DNA of 63,969 bases, filler included, from an uncultured Methanoregulaceae archaeon (GCA_964530035.1; 6 parts of 6 records of this genome joined end to end with filler, not necessarily neighbours in it); one strand, 5' to 3'. Shown: positions 1-10,203, counted from the first letter of the whole stretch. The notes: a model not told the origin generated them from the sequence alone. Made by a program: numbers and translations.

Positions 1-488
1 ACCCTGAACCTGTCCGCGAGGTTGAATGCCTGGACGGTCAGTTCATACATTTCCTGGACAGAGGCAGGAGAGAGAGCGATAATGCTGTAATCCCCATGCG
101 AACCGAACCGGCATTGAAGCATGTCGCCCTGTGCAGCCAGGGTGGGCTGGCCGGTACTTGGGCCCCCTCTCTGGATATTGACGATAACACAGGGTGTCTC
201 TGTCATCGCTGCAAATCCTATATTCTCCATCATGAGTGAAAATCCTGGTCCGCTCGTGGCCGTCATCGCCCGTGCACCCGTCCAGGATGCTCCGATGACT
301 GCGGCAATGCTTGCTATCTCGTCCTCCATCTGGACAAAGACACCTCCGCTCTTTGGGAGCCGTGCCGCCATGTGCTCAGCCACCTCGGTGGACGGGGTAA
401 TGGGATACCCACCGAAAAAACGACAACCTGCGGCAAGGGCACCCTCAGCGCAGGCTATGTTTCCCTGGAGAAACTGGATCTTCGTCAA
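1..488 (-). CDS. korA: 2-oxoacid:ferredoxin oxidoreductase alpha subunit (partial, runs off window start)
   Basis: Not in the ORF track. Manual translation from TTG at 488 gives MTKIQFLQGNIACAEGALAAGCRFFGGYPITPSTEVAE...QMEDEIASI...ATSGPGFSLMMENIG...QRGGPSTG, the OFOR-alpha motifs. The start overlaps the upstream ferredoxin stop (TTGA). Confidence 0.9.
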   Translation of the reverse strand, partial: MTKIQFLQGNIACAEGALAAGCRFFGGYPITPSTEVAEHMAARLPKSGGVFVQMEDEIASIAAVIGASWTGARAMTATSGPGFSLMMENIGFAAMTETPCVIVNIQRGGPSTGQPTLAAQGDMLQCRFGSHGDYSIIALSPASVQEMYELTVQAFNLADRFR

Positions 489-757
489 AACTCCACCGCC
501 ATCCTTTTCCGCTCACCCGCTTTTTCGTCCTCCCAGGATATGGCCTGGTCAGGACAGATCATCTGGCACATTCCACAGAGAGTCCTTCCATACAGTTTAC
601 CGAGACGGCAGTTGGAACACCTCTCCGGGCGGTCTAGGACCGGTACGAGTATCCCTTTAAGGTTTGGACGGGTTCCCGGCCTGAAAATATGATATGGGCA
701 TACCATGGTACACAGGTTGCATCCCTTGCATCGCCGTTCGTCGATGGAAATTTTCAT
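485..757 (-). CDS. korD: 2x[4Fe-4S] ferredoxin, OFOR delta subunit
   Basis: CKGCNLCTMVCP and CSNC...CGMCQMICP motifs; likely start MKISIDERR at 757; coupled to korA. Confidence 0.8.
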   Translation of the reverse strand: MKISIDERRCKGCNLCTMVCPYHIFRPGTRPNLKGILVPVLDRPERCSNCRLGKLYGRTLCGMCQMICPDQAISWEDEKAGERKRMAVEF

Positions 758-971
758 GAGATCCCTCTTATAAAGTCCGGTAAGCAGGCAAAGGCTAATC
801 TGCCCTTTATCCGGTGACATGTCCTGAAACAGGGGTCCAGTTCACGCGTGTAGGCTTACACGTCTTGACATGCCATGCCGTGAAACCCCGTGGTATATCA
901 CATTCGTTCCGGATCGCTATATATCATGCGATACGGCGTCTGATAGGACGAAAAAGAGATGGGAGGTATGT

Positions 972-1478
972 TCAGGCCCGTGCGGAGATAACAACGTGCG
1001 AGGGAGTAGGAAGCTTGTGCCCGCCATGCCTGAGGGCGTCCTTGCTCTTGTCGACGTATTGGGTTGAGGTCCAGATCGTCAGGACTTTCTGTCCGGGATC
1101 AACACGGGCGGCCGTCCCGACGGCCTTTCCAAATGCAAGTCGCATCCCCTCCGATACACGGTCTGCTCCTGCACCGGTAGCCTGCTTGTTCTCCCTCAGG
1201 ACATGGTGGGGGAAAACCCGCACCTTGAAATAGAAGTTCATCCTCCCGACCTCCTTCATCAGGCGCCGGTTGATGGTCGTACGGGCAGCCTCAAGTGCTG
1301 AGTGCCGTATCTGACAGGCCTCTTCCACGATCAGGCTTACTTCAACGGGAAATTCCTGTGAGAGGTTGCCCATGTCGTACTGGACTATTTTACTCCCCGG
1401 GACACCACCCATGTACTCGCGACGCGTATACGCTTTCTTGGAAATATTTCTATACATCTTGGCCGGTTTACGTACCAT
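972..1478 (-). CDS. rpl10e: 50S ribosomal protein uL16 (L10e)
   Basis: [35 protein letters not shown]...[15 protein letters not shown]. Confidence 0.97.
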   Translation of the reverse strand: MVRKPAKMYRNISKKAYTRREYMGGVPGSKIVQYDMGNLSQEFPVEVSLIVEEACQIRHSALEAARTTINRRLMKEVGRMNFYFKVRVFPHHVLRENKQATGAGADRVSEGMRLAFGKAVGTAARVDPGQKVLTIWTSTQYVDKSKDALRHGGHKLPTPSHVVISARA

Positions 1479-1547
1479 TTCTGTCTCCCTCGTGAGCCTC
1501 TATGTGCTGTATAAGATGGCGAAGAATTATCATAAACCTTCCGAGAC

Positions 1548-2294
1548 TCAATGCTCTTCCTCAATAAGTGTAAGTACCTGTCTCCGCAAAAGGGCACACT
1601 CGTTGCATGTCCTGTCCCGCGGCCGGTCTGCGGTCACATTGATTATCTTTCTGATCCTGCCAGGGTTTCTTGAAAGGACGACAATCCGGTCAGCCAGGAA
1701 AACTGCCTCATCAACGCTGTGCGTCACGAAGAGGATGGTCTTCCGTGTCTTCTGCCAGAGGTCCAGGAGTTCCTTCTGGAGCATGTTCCTTGTCTGGGCA
1801 TCCAGTGCACCGAATGGTTCGTCCATAAGCAGGACGGACGGGTTGACCGCAATGGCGCGTGCAACGGCCACCCGCTGACGCATCCCTCCTGAAAGCTCGT
1901 AGGGATAGCTCCCTGCAAACTCGGACAGGCCTACCAGGTCAAGGTATTTCTTTGCCTGATCCACCTGTTCCGAGTGTGGCAGCCCCTTGCATTCCAGCCC
2001 GAAAAGGATATTTTCTAACACTGTACGCCAGGGAAAGAGAGAATATTCCTGGAAGATCATGGCAAGTTCGGGGGTCGGGCCTGAGACCTCCTTCTCATTG
2101 ACCAGCACGGTCCCGCTTGTAGCCACCTCGAGCCCGGCAATGATCCGCAGGAGTGTAGTCTTGCCGCACCCGGAAGGGCCCAGGATGCAGAGAAACTCTT
2201 CATCTTCCACCTGGAGGCTGATATCTTCAAGGACTGTCAGTTCTATGCCTCTCCGGATGAACCGCTTGGTGATCTCCTTGAGCGTGAGGCTCAT
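1548..2294 (-). CDS. ABC transporter ATP-binding protein, NitT/TauT (SsuB/TauB) family
   Basis: Walker A GPSGCGKT, LSGGMRQR, LLMDEPFGALDAQTR, VTHSVDEA. Confidence 0.93.
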   Translation of the reverse strand: MSLTLKEITKRFIRRGIELTVLEDISLQVEDEEFLCILGPSGCGKTTLLRIIAGLEVATSGTVLVNEKEVSGPTPELAMIFQEYSLFPWRTVLENILFGLECKGLPHSEQVDQAKKYLDLVGLSEFAGSYPYELSGGMRQRVAVARAIAVNPSVLLMDEPFGALDAQTRNMLQKELLDLWQKTRKTILFVTHSVDEAVFLADRIVVLSRNPGRIRKIINVTADRPRDRTCNECALLRRQVLTLIEEEH

Positions 2295-3121
2295 CGGTCG
2301 AGCTCCCTCCAGCCGAAACGCCGTTTTTCAACATACTTGAACAGGCTGTCTACACCAAGGCCGATTATCCCGATGACAATCATCCCGGCGATGATGACCT
2401 GGACCTGCCCCCAGTTGTAGGATGTCATGATGAGGTACCCGATACCCGAGTTCGTCCCAGGCATCATTTCCGCTGCAACAACGCACATCCAGCAGATGCC
2501 GAACCCCACGCGGAGCCCGGTCCAGATGGTGGGGGCGGCACCAGGCAGGACGACCCGCATGAGGATCCCCTTCTCCGAAGCTCCGAGGGTTGTTGCAGCC
2601 TCAATCCATGTTCTCCTGACACTTCTGACCCCGTCAATGGTGTTGAGGAGGATGGGAAAGAAGCCTCCGAGGGCAATGATGAATACCATCGAGCTCAACC
2701 CGATTTTAAACCATGCGAGCGAAAGGGGGACCCATGCAAGGGGTGGAATGGGTCTGAACATCTGGACAACCGGGTCGAAGAGGGTATGTACTATCTCCTT
2801 GCGGCCCATGCCTATCCCGAGGGGTATGGCAATCAGGGCGGCAACGACAAAACCAATAATGACCCGTTCGAGGCTGATGAGTCCGTTACTGATGAGACTC
2901 CCGCTCCCGAGAATATCTGCTGCCGGGTGGAGCAGTATTGAAAGGACAGACTCGATGCGGGGGAGGATAAATTCATTGTTCAACAGGATAGCGGCGAATT
3001 CCCAGATGACCAGGAGCAGGACCGGGAGTGCCAGGCGGAGGAGGGGGGAGGCTTTCTGGGGCCTTACCTCCTCCCGTTCATGCTCCGCATGAGGTATCAC
3101 CATATCCTCTAATATTGACAA
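2291..3121 (-). CDS. ABC transporter permease, NitT/TauT (SsuC/TauC) family
   Basis: Multiple TM helices, RPIPPLAWVP, EAA loop (IEAATTLGAS), CVVAAEM. Confidence 0.92.
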   Translation of the reverse strand: MSILEDMVIPHAEHEREEVRPQKASPLLRLALPVLLLVIWEFAAILLNNEFILPRIESVLSILLHPAADILGSGSLISNGLISLERVIIGFVVAALIAIPLGIGMGRKEIVHTLFDPVVQMFRPIPPLAWVPLSLAWFKIGLSSMVFIIALGGFFPILLNTIDGVRSVRRTWIEAATTLGASEKGILMRVVLPGAAPTIWTGLRVGFGICWMCVVAAEMMPGTNSGIGYLIMTSYNWGQVQVIIAGMIVIGIIGLGVDSLFKYVEKRRFGWRELDR

Positions 3122-3128
3122 TACGTGC

Positions 3129-4379
3129 TCATGAAGATTCTTTCACGGTCACACCGCTCTTTTCAAGGGCATACTTGAGCATGACGTCCTGGATCGAACC
3201 TTTCGATGGCGCTGCTATCTTCACGGGTTTACCTTCTGCGGTCCTCTGTCCCGCATAGGTGATGAACCCGTTCCAGTCCTTGACAGGGACGGATGTTGTG
3301 ATAACGACACCCGAGCCCTCGGTGTTGATCGGGTGAAGGATCTTGATAGGGGCACCCTTGTCAATTGCCCCTATTGCCGGAGGAGCGCCGGCAAACCCTA
3401 TCTGGACCGTATCCGTGGACTCCATCTGCATCAGCTCCGGACCTGCACCGGCTGCTACCAGTCTGATCTCTGCAACAGGCTCCCCGTTCACGATAAGGTC
3501 CGCGACCTCAGGCTTAGCCGCCGTAAGGTCCCGCGGCTTGATTGCAATATTGTACTTGTCGTTGAAGTACTGCCATTCCTTGACGGCAATGATCATCGCG
3601 GCACCATGCATATCCCCTTTAAGGTTGCCGAGTGTTACCGGTCTTGCCTCTTTTGGCGGAGTCTTGATCTTCCCTTCTGCGATCATCCTGTTGGCAGCTT
3701 CGTATGGCCCCCGGGCGAAGAGGATAGTATCCCACTGTGATTCGCTCGTGTTCTTCAGCTGACCGGTGATGTATCCGAGGTCACGCTGGGCTGATACGAA
3801 TTCATGGGTACCTGTTGTCCACTGGTTGTTTATCTCGGTGGTGTAGTTCACGGTCGGAAGGGCCTTTTTCAGCACCGACACTGAGGAGACCGATACATTT
3901 CCGTAGGTGAAGTTGCCTTTGCCGACCAGCCAATCGGCAACGTCTTCTGCAGCCTTGTCAGGGTTTTCGGTGATCCACCTGTCAGCGAGTATGGTCTGGG
4001 CGCTGATGGCGTTGACGAGGTCAGGGTTACGGGCAAGGAGGTCGTCTCTCACGGTGAGGACGCAGCACGGGTGGTTTTTCCATTTCCCTTCAGGAGGGAG
4101 GTCCTGGGACTCAGTGATGATGTTTCCGATCCTTGCCTCGGTGGCAATAGATGCGAAAGGCTGCCATGCAATATACCCGTCAACCTGGCTCGTTGACAGG
4201 AGCATGGGCATCGGGCCGACCCCGTTTGCATACATTACTGTCACCGTGGTCCTGCCGTCCCCTGTAAGTGCGGGAGTCACGTTGACCGGCTTCGAACCGT
4301 TTTCAATGCACCCGGATGCGAACGCCAGCAGGACAACTGCTGTACACGCGAGGATACTGATTAGCATCGCCGTCTTCAT
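3129..4379 (-). CDS. ABC transporter substrate-binding lipoprotein, NMT1/SsuA-like (apparently circularly permuted)
   Basis: Lipobox-like ASGC after a hydrophobic signal (start MKTAML at 4379); DGYIAWQP, HPCC, NTEGS and GSIQDV motifs; first gene of the ABC operon. Confidence 0.88.
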   Translation of the reverse strand: MKTAMLISILACTAVVLLAFASGCIENGSKPVNVTPALTGDGRTTVTVMYANGVGPMPMLLSTSQVDGYIAWQPFASIATEARIGNIITESQDLPPEGKWKNHPCCVLTVRDDLLARNPDLVNAISAQTILADRWITENPDKAAEDVADWLVGKGNFTYGNVSVSSVSVLKKALPTVNYTTEINNQWTTGTHEFVSAQRDLGYITGQLKNTSESQWDTILFARGPYEAANRMIAEGKIKTPPKEARPVTLGNLKGDMHGAAMIIAVKEWQYFNDKYNIAIKPRDLTAAKPEVADLIVNGEPVAEIRLVAAGAGPELMQMESTDTVQIGFAGAPPAIGAIDKGAPIKILHPINTEGSGVVITTSVPVKDWNGFITYAGQRTAEGKPVKIAAPSKGSIQDVMLKYALEKSGVTVKESS

Positions 4380-4589
4380 ACAACTCATTCTTAGGCAGAT
4401 GGGACTAAAAAGTCTATCCAAAATGACTACTTTCTTTATACAAAAAAACATTTTTAACGGTGATTTTTACCCAAAAAAGTAATATATTTCTGTAATAAAT
4501 AAAGAGGTAATGCACCTGCAAACCCTTTTCCCCGAAATGTATACCAATGGTGAATTTTTTCAGCCGAAGAAAGGGAGGAGTGCTGTTTC

Positions 4590-5123
4590 ATGCCCCAGAT
4601 GAATCCTGTAGACCGTCTTGTCAAAGGAGCGCTCAGTTCGGACGAAGAATTTGTTGTTGCCCTGGAACAGGTTATCAGGCACGACCTGCGCATCACGGTA
4701 AAGGACCTCGCTGAGGCGAGTGGCATCGCCCAGAGTTCCCTCTATAAAATCATCCATGGAGAGAGATCCCCGAACCTCTCCACGCTCCGCCAGATTGTCA
4801 GGGGTATCCGTTCGTTTTACCGCCAGGAGGAAGGAGATTTCATCGGTCTCATCGCGGCCCGTCCCGTACTCGAATCAGTCGAGGACCGCAAGACGGTTGT
4901 GGACGGACGACCGGTCATCGTGAGGGAGTATCCCGTCCACACCATAGAAGACGCCATTGTCGCGGCAATCAGGGCTGAACGCGAAGGTGCTGTCGCCATC
5001 GTCTGCGCTCCGATTGTTTCAGCGGTTATCGAGCAGATGGTGAAAATCCCTGTTGCCACGATAATTCCGAGGGACTCGGTGCAGAGAGCTATCGAACTGG
5101 CATCGCGCAAGGCGGGGCTTTAA
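4590..5123 (+). CDS. XRE-family HTH transcriptional regulator with C-terminal alpha/beta sensor-like domain
   Basis: ITVKDLAEASGIAQSSLYKIIHGERSPNLSTL is an HTH_3 motif; divergent from the ABC operon. Confidence 0.85.
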   Translation: MPQMNPVDRLVKGALSSDEEFVVALEQVIRHDLRITVKDLAEASGIAQSSLYKIIHGERSPNLSTLRQIVRGIRSFYRQEEGDFIGLIAARPVLESVEDRKTVVDGRPVIVREYPVHTIEDAIVAAIRAEREGAVAIVCAPIVSAVIEQMVKIPVATIIPRDSVQRAIELASRKAGL

Positions 5124-5159
5124 ACACCTCCCGGTTCCACCTGATCAGAGAACAGATTC

Positions 5160-6638
5160 ATGACCCGGGACGTAGTCAGGCAGGGAAGGCTTTCGACGGA
5201 ACGATCAGGTGAGATAGCATCATTCCTCTCGTCTATGGAGGCGGACAGGAAAATTGCCGGGCAGGACGTCCTCGTGGACCTCGCCCATGTCGTCATGCTC
5301 TCCCGCCAGGGGATCCTCGATGCGACTTCAGCCGGGAGCCTGGTCCGGGTACTCCTGGAAATGCAGAGGGACGGTGTTCCCGAAGAGGCCTTTGACCTGT
5401 CCTTTGAGGACATCCATGCAGGTATCGAGTCCTACCTTGTCAAGGTGCTTGGAAAAGAGACCGGGGGCCGCCTCCACATGGGGAGGTCCAGGAACGACGA
5501 GGTGGCGACCTGCATCAGGATGCGTCTCCGTGACGACCTTCTCGCAATCGCCGGAATGATCGCCGGACTACGGGAGGTGCTTCTGGAGGTGTCCTCCTGC
5601 CATTCCGAAACGGTAATGCCAGGCTTCACCCATTTTCAGCATGCACAGCCGACCACCCTCGCCCATCACCTCCTCGCATACGAAGAGATGTTCGGGCGTG
5701 ACCTTGGACGCCTGAAAGACTCCTATTCTCGACTTAACCTCTGTCCACTCGGTGCTGCGGCCTTTGCATCGACGACCTACCCGGTCGACCGTGGGATGAC
5801 AGCATCGCTTCTGGGCTTCGACGGGGTCTCGCTCAACACCATGGACGCTGTAGCATCGCGGGACAGCCTTGTCGAGGTGATGTCGGACCTTTCTATCATG
5901 ATGGTCCACGCAAGTCGCCTGTGCGAGGAGCTCGTTGTCTGGAGCAGTCCATTCGTGGGCTTTGCCAGGCTGGCAGACGAGTTCTGCTCGACAAGCTCAA
6001 TCATGCCCCAGAAACGCAACCCGGACACGGCCGAAGTCATGCGTGCGAAGAGCGGGCTGATGCTGGGCGAGCTTGCGGCTGCCCTGGTCGTTTTAAAGGG
6101 GCTTCCGCTGAGTTACAACCGCGACCTCCAGGACCTGACGCCGCATGTCTGGAGGGCGGTCGATACTGCCACCGGGTGCATTCCTCTCCTGGCAGGAATG
6201 GTCAGATCGGTGGTCTTTGACACGGAGCGCATGGCTTTGGAAGCGGGGAAGAACTTTTCAACCGCGACCGACCTTGCCGACCTCCTTGTCAGAAATGAAG
6301 GACTTCCGTTCCGGACTGCCCACAACATCGTAGGGCGCGCTGTCAGCAAGGGATCCCTTGACCTGGCAACGCTGGACGAAGCTGCCCGGGAGATCACCGG
6401 GGAGGTGCTCAGTGACAGGGGGCTTACCGAAGCCATGGTTGCAGGGGCTTTGGATGCCAGAAAGAGCGTAGAGAACCGCGATATTCCGGGGGGACCGGCT
6501 CCCAGGGCTGTCAGGGCCGCCATTCAGGAACGGAAGGGCTTATTGCAGGGGGACAGGGATTGGATCCTGGACAGGAACCAACGGAATGAACAGGCGCTCC
6601 AACGATTGCTTGCTGATGCAAGGAGGATAGCAGCATGA
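5160..6638 (+). CDS. argH: argininosuccinate lyase
   Basis: LHMGRSRNDEV, MPGFTHFQHAQP, STSSIMPQKRNPD, LPLSYNRDLQ. Confidence 0.97.
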   Translation: MTRDVVRQGRLSTERSGEIASFLSSMEADRKIAGQDVLVDLAHVVMLSRQGILDATSAGSLVRVLLEMQRDGVPEEAFDLSFEDIHAGIESYLVKVLGKETGGRLHMGRSRNDEVATCIRMRLRDDLLAIAGMIAGLREVLLEVSSCHSETVMPGFTHFQHAQPTTLAHHLLAYEEMFGRDLGRLKDSYSRLNLCPLGAAAFASTTYPVDRGMTASLLGFDGVSLNTMDAVASRDSLVEVMSDLSIMMVHASRLCEELVVWSSPFVGFARLADEFCSTSSIMPQKRNPDTAEVMRAKSGLMLGELAAALVVLKGLPLSYNRDLQDLTPHVWRAVDTATGCIPLLAGMVRSVVFDTERMALEAGKNFSTATDLADLLVRNEGLPFRTAHNIVGRAVSKGSLDLATLDEAAREITGEVLSDRGLTEAMVAGALDARKSVENRDIPGGPAPRAVRAAIQERKGLLQGDRDWILDRNQRNEQALQRLLADARRIAA

Positions 6639-7873
6639 ACCATGAGTATGAAGCGGGAGACCGCCTTGAAGCAGAAATCGGCACATCAGTGAGGCAGGCG
6701 ACGTATATCACGGGAAGGGATGGCATGGCCGTAGTCAAACTGGATAATGGCTACAACCTGGGCATCCCATACGATTCCTGCCGGTTTCTGGACCGGCCAG
6801 GGCAGGCTGACACCCGGAAGACCCTTGTGGCCCAGAGGGATGATCTCCCTGTTCTCTCAATCGTATCAACGGGAGGCACGATTGCAAGCCGGATTGACTA
6901 CCGCACCGGGGCAGTGACGAGCCAGTTCGATGCCGCGGACATCCTGCGGGCGATACCCGGGCTTTCGTCCATCGGCCGGTTCAGGACGAGGCAGCTCTAT
7001 ACCCTCCTCTCCGAGAACATGACCCCGGCGATCTGGCAGGAGCTTGCCCGGGCGGTCCATGAAGAGATCACCTCCGGGGCCAGGGGTGTAATCGTCACCC
7101 ACGGGACGGATACGATGACGTATAGTGCTGCAGCGCTTTCTTTCATGCTCGAGACCCCCGTCCCTGTGATTTTTGTGGGATCCCAGCGATCTGCAGACCG
7201 GCCAAGCAGCGACAACGCGATTAACGCCGTGTGTGCGGCAAAAACAGCCGTATCTGAACTTGGGGAGGTAGCAGTCGTTATGCACGCCGCCACAAGCGAT
7301 GATTCCTGCTCGGTTCACCGGGCAACCCGTGTCAGAAAGATGCACACGTCGAGGAGGGACGCATTCACCAGTATCGGTGTACCTCCGATCGGCTCGGTGC
7401 AGTACCCCTCGCTTGCTGTCACCCTTGCATCCCATGCACGGAAACGACGGGAGACCGAACCCATGGTCTTCCCTGACCTCGAACCGCGATGCGGCCTCCT
7501 CACCTTTGTTCCCGGTATGGACCCAGCGGTCCTGGATTCCTTTTCGGAATATCGCGGGCTCGTCCTTGCCGGAACGGGCCTCGGGCACGTCAGTTCGGCG
7601 TGGATACCCGCCCTTCGCACGCTTGTAAAGGATGGGTGCATGCTGGCGATGGCATCCCAGTGCCTGAATGGAAGGGTCTGTGACCGTGTCTATGATACCG
7701 GGAGGGATCTTATCTCCACAGGGGTCATCGAGGCGGAAAACATGCTCCCGGAGACAGCGCTTGTCAAGATGATGTGGGTGCTCGGGAACGAGGATGACCC
7801 TGATAAAGCTGCCAGGATGATGAAACAGGACCTGAAAGGTGAGATTGCAGCGAGGTCTGTCCATGGACTATAA
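6635..7873 (+). CDS. gatD: Glu-tRNA(Gln) amidotransferase subunit D
   Basis: STGGTIASRIDYRTGAV, THGTDTM, GSQRSADRPSSD, RKMHTSRRDAF. Confidence 0.97.
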   Translation: MNHEYEAGDRLEAEIGTSVRQATYITGRDGMAVVKLDNGYNLGIPYDSCRFLDRPGQADTRKTLVAQRDDLPVLSIVSTGGTIASRIDYRTGAVTSQFDAADILRAIPGLSSIGRFRTRQLYTLLSENMTPAIWQELARAVHEEITSGARGVIVTHGTDTMTYSAAALSFMLETPVPVIFVGSQRSADRPSSDNAINAVCAAKTAVSELGEVAVVMHAATSDDSCSVHRATRVRKMHTSRRDAFTSIGVPPIGSVQYPSLAVTLASHARKRRETEPMVFPDLEPRCGLLTFVPGMDPAVLDSFSEYRGLVLAGTGLGHVSSAWIPALRTLVKDGCMLAMASQCLNGRVCDRVYDTGRDLISTGVIEAENMLPETALVKMMWVLGNEDDPDKAARMMKQDLKGEIAARSVHGL

Positions 7874-9710
7874 AGCGGCCGGCCTGAAGGCGGGGATCGA
7901 GATCCACCAGCAGCTCGACAGCAGGACGAAACTGTTCTGTCGGTGTCCGACCCGTCTCCGTGAATTCGATGAGCATACCGATGAGTTCTTCCGTTTTCTC
8001 CGGGCTACCGAGAGTGAAATGGGTGAAATCGACGAGGCCGCCAGGGAGGAGATGAAGAACGAGCGGCGTTTCTGCTATTACACCTATGATACAACCTGTC
8101 TTGTCGAGGACGACGAGGAGCCCCCCCAGCCGCTCAACCCGGAAGCCCTGACCATCTGCCTTACCATTGCAAAGATGCTCGGGATGTCTCCGGTAGGCCA
8201 GATCCATACCATGCGGAAACTGGTCATCGACGGGTCGAACACCAGTGGTTTCCAGAGGACCGCCCTCGTGGCTCTTGACGGGGTCATTCCCTCGAATGTT
8301 CTCTCTGGCAGCGGGGGAATTGAAACGATCTGCCTTGAGGAGGAGGCCGCACAACGGATCGATGACAGTACCTTCTCCCTCGACCGCCTGGGGATCCCTC
8401 TCGTCGAGATAACCACGTCTCCCTGTATGAAAACGCCTGAAGAGGTCCAGGAGGTCGCAGGGTACCTTGGCATGGTCCTTCGTTCAACCGGAATGGTCAA
8501 GCGTGGCCTTGGAACGATACGCCAGGACATCAACATATCGATTGCAGGCGGGGCACGGGTTGAGATCAAGGGAGTCCAGGAACTCGACCTGATCGCAGAA
8601 GTCGTGCGAAGGGAAGTCCAGCGCCAGCAGAACCTCCTCTTAATCCGTGATGAACTGGTAAGGCGGGGCGCCGGCATACGGGAAGAACCCGTCGACGTGA
8701 CGCATGTTTTTTCTCACACCTCGTCAGGTATTTTGAAAAAGGCTGACAGGATCCTTGCCCTAGTACTGCAGTCTTTCGGTGGCCTGGTAGGCAGGGAAAC
8801 TCAGCCAGGGCGAAGGTTTGGCAGTGAACTGTCTGATTATGCGAAAAAATGTGGCCTCGGAGGGATATTCCACACCGACGAGCTGCCGGCGTACGGTGTA
8901 ACCTCTGATGAGGTCAGGGAACTGCGGACTGCCACGGGTGCATCCGGCGATGACTGCGTTATCATTGTTGCAGGACCGGAAAAAAAAGTGCAGTGCGCCG
9001 TTTTACAGGTAATAAAGCGTGCAAGGCGTGCCTTTCAAGGAGTGCCAGAGGAAACACGGAGGATGCTTGAGGGAGGGAGCACTTCGTATATGCGCCCTCT
9101 TCCTGGAGCGGCACGCATGTATCCTGAGACTGATGTTGAACCAGTCTACTCCCAGGATATCTGGGAGGCGATCGAGGTCCCCGAACTCATCACAGAACGT
9201 ATCGGGCGTCTGAAGGAGATCGGCCTTGATGCCGGTGTGGCCGAACACATCGGGTATTCCGAACAGTACCCCCTGTTTGAAAAGGCTCTTACGCAGGGTA
9301 TACCCCCGGTGCTCGCCGCCAGGACCCTTACCTCAACGATCAAGGAACTCCGGAGGGAAGGAATACCGGTTGACAAGGTCTCGGACGACGATCTCCTTGG
9401 CGCGCTTGTCGCAGTAGGAGAAGGGAGGGCCGCCAAGGAAGCGGTCCCGGAAATCCTCCGTGCCATCGCCGGAGGGACCCGGCTTCCAGAAGCGGTTGAA
9501 CAATGCGCGGGCAAGGTCAGTGCACAGGACCTGAGTGGCATCGTGAGGGCGGTAGTCAAGGAAAGGCAGCAATTCGTCATCGAACGGGGAATGGCCGCAT
9601 TGGGCCCGCTCATGGGGGTCGTGATGGCCGAGGTCAGGGGTTCCGTGGACGGTAAGGTTGTTAGCGATTGTCTCAGGGACGAGATCAGGCGCACCCTGCA
9701 GGAATCGTAA
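7863..9710 (+). CDS. gatE: Glu-tRNA(Gln) amidotransferase subunit E
   Basis: MDY..GLKAGIEIHQQL, IDGSNTSGFQRT, LDRLGIPLVEI, RGLGTIRQD, RPLPGAARMYPETD. Confidence 0.97.
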   Translation: MDYKAAGLKAGIEIHQQLDSRTKLFCRCPTRLREFDEHTDEFFRFLRATESEMGEIDEAAREEMKNERRFCYYTYDTTCLVEDDEEPPQPLNPEALTICLTIAKMLGMSPVGQIHTMRKLVIDGSNTSGFQRTALVALDGVIPSNVLSGSGGIETICLEEEAAQRIDDSTFSLDRLGIPLVEITTSPCMKTPEEVQEVAGYLGMVLRSTGMVKRGLGTIRQDINISIAGGARVEIKGVQELDLIAEVVRREVQRQQNLLLIRDELVRRGAGIREEPVDVTHVFSHTSSGILKKADRILALVLQSFGGLVGRETQPGRRFGSELSDYAKKCGLGGIFHTDELPAYGVTSDEVRELRTATGASGDDCVIIVAGPEKKVQCAVLQVIKRARRAFQGVPEETRRMLEGGSTSYMRPLPGAARMYPETDVEPVYSQDIWEAIEVPELITERIGRLKEIGLDAGVAEHIGYSEQYPLFEKALTQGIPPVLAARTLTSTIKELRREGIPVDKVSDDDLLGALVAVGEGRAAKEAVPEILRAIAGGTRLPEAVEQCAGKVSAQDLSGIVRAVVKERQQFVIERGMAALGPLMGVVMAEVRGSVDGKVVSDCLRDEIRRTLQES

Positions 9711-9794
9711 CCCTGTCCGTATCTCCCCGGGGCATTTTTAGCGCAGGTAAACCTTTATCAAACGACCCTGACAAACACTATAGGAGTTTTCATT

Positions 9795-10106
9795 ATGGGA
9801 AAGACAGGAACAACATCATGGGCCCAGGTCAAAGGGGTCAAGGGCCAGATCAGGCTCGTACCCAAGAAAGAGGGCCAACTTAAGAAACCGGGGCCAAACC
9901 AACGCTTCAGGGCAGGGATCACCGTTAAAATGGCAGACCAGCTCACCCAGGCAGATGGAAGGCCAGGCGGCCGTCGTGGCGGCAGGGGAGGTCGTGGAGG
10001 TGGCCGTGGCAGGATGGAAGGTGCCGGGCCCGCTTCACTGAACCGCCACCGGATGATGAGGCCCAAGGTATCCGCACTTGGCGCCAAACAGAAGTCCTCG
10101 AGATAA
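9795..10106 (+). CDS. small basic Gly/Arg-rich protein, probably DUF5350 family
   Basis: MGKTG..WAQVKGVKGQIRLVP N-terminus recalled as a Methanomicrobia-conserved family; RGG-rich centre. Confidence 0.7.
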   Translation: MGKTGTTSWAQVKGVKGQIRLVPKKEGQLKKPGPNQRFRAGITVKMADQLTQADGRPGGRRGGRGGRGGGRGRMEGAGPASLNRHRMMRPKVSALGAKQKSSR

Positions 10107-10203
10107 TCCTGGGACTTGCCCACCCAATATCTTTTCAAACGCCTTTTCAAGTGTTTTTCAACGATGGAAATCTAAATCTAATTAGCTGAAGTATATATGG
10201 GAT

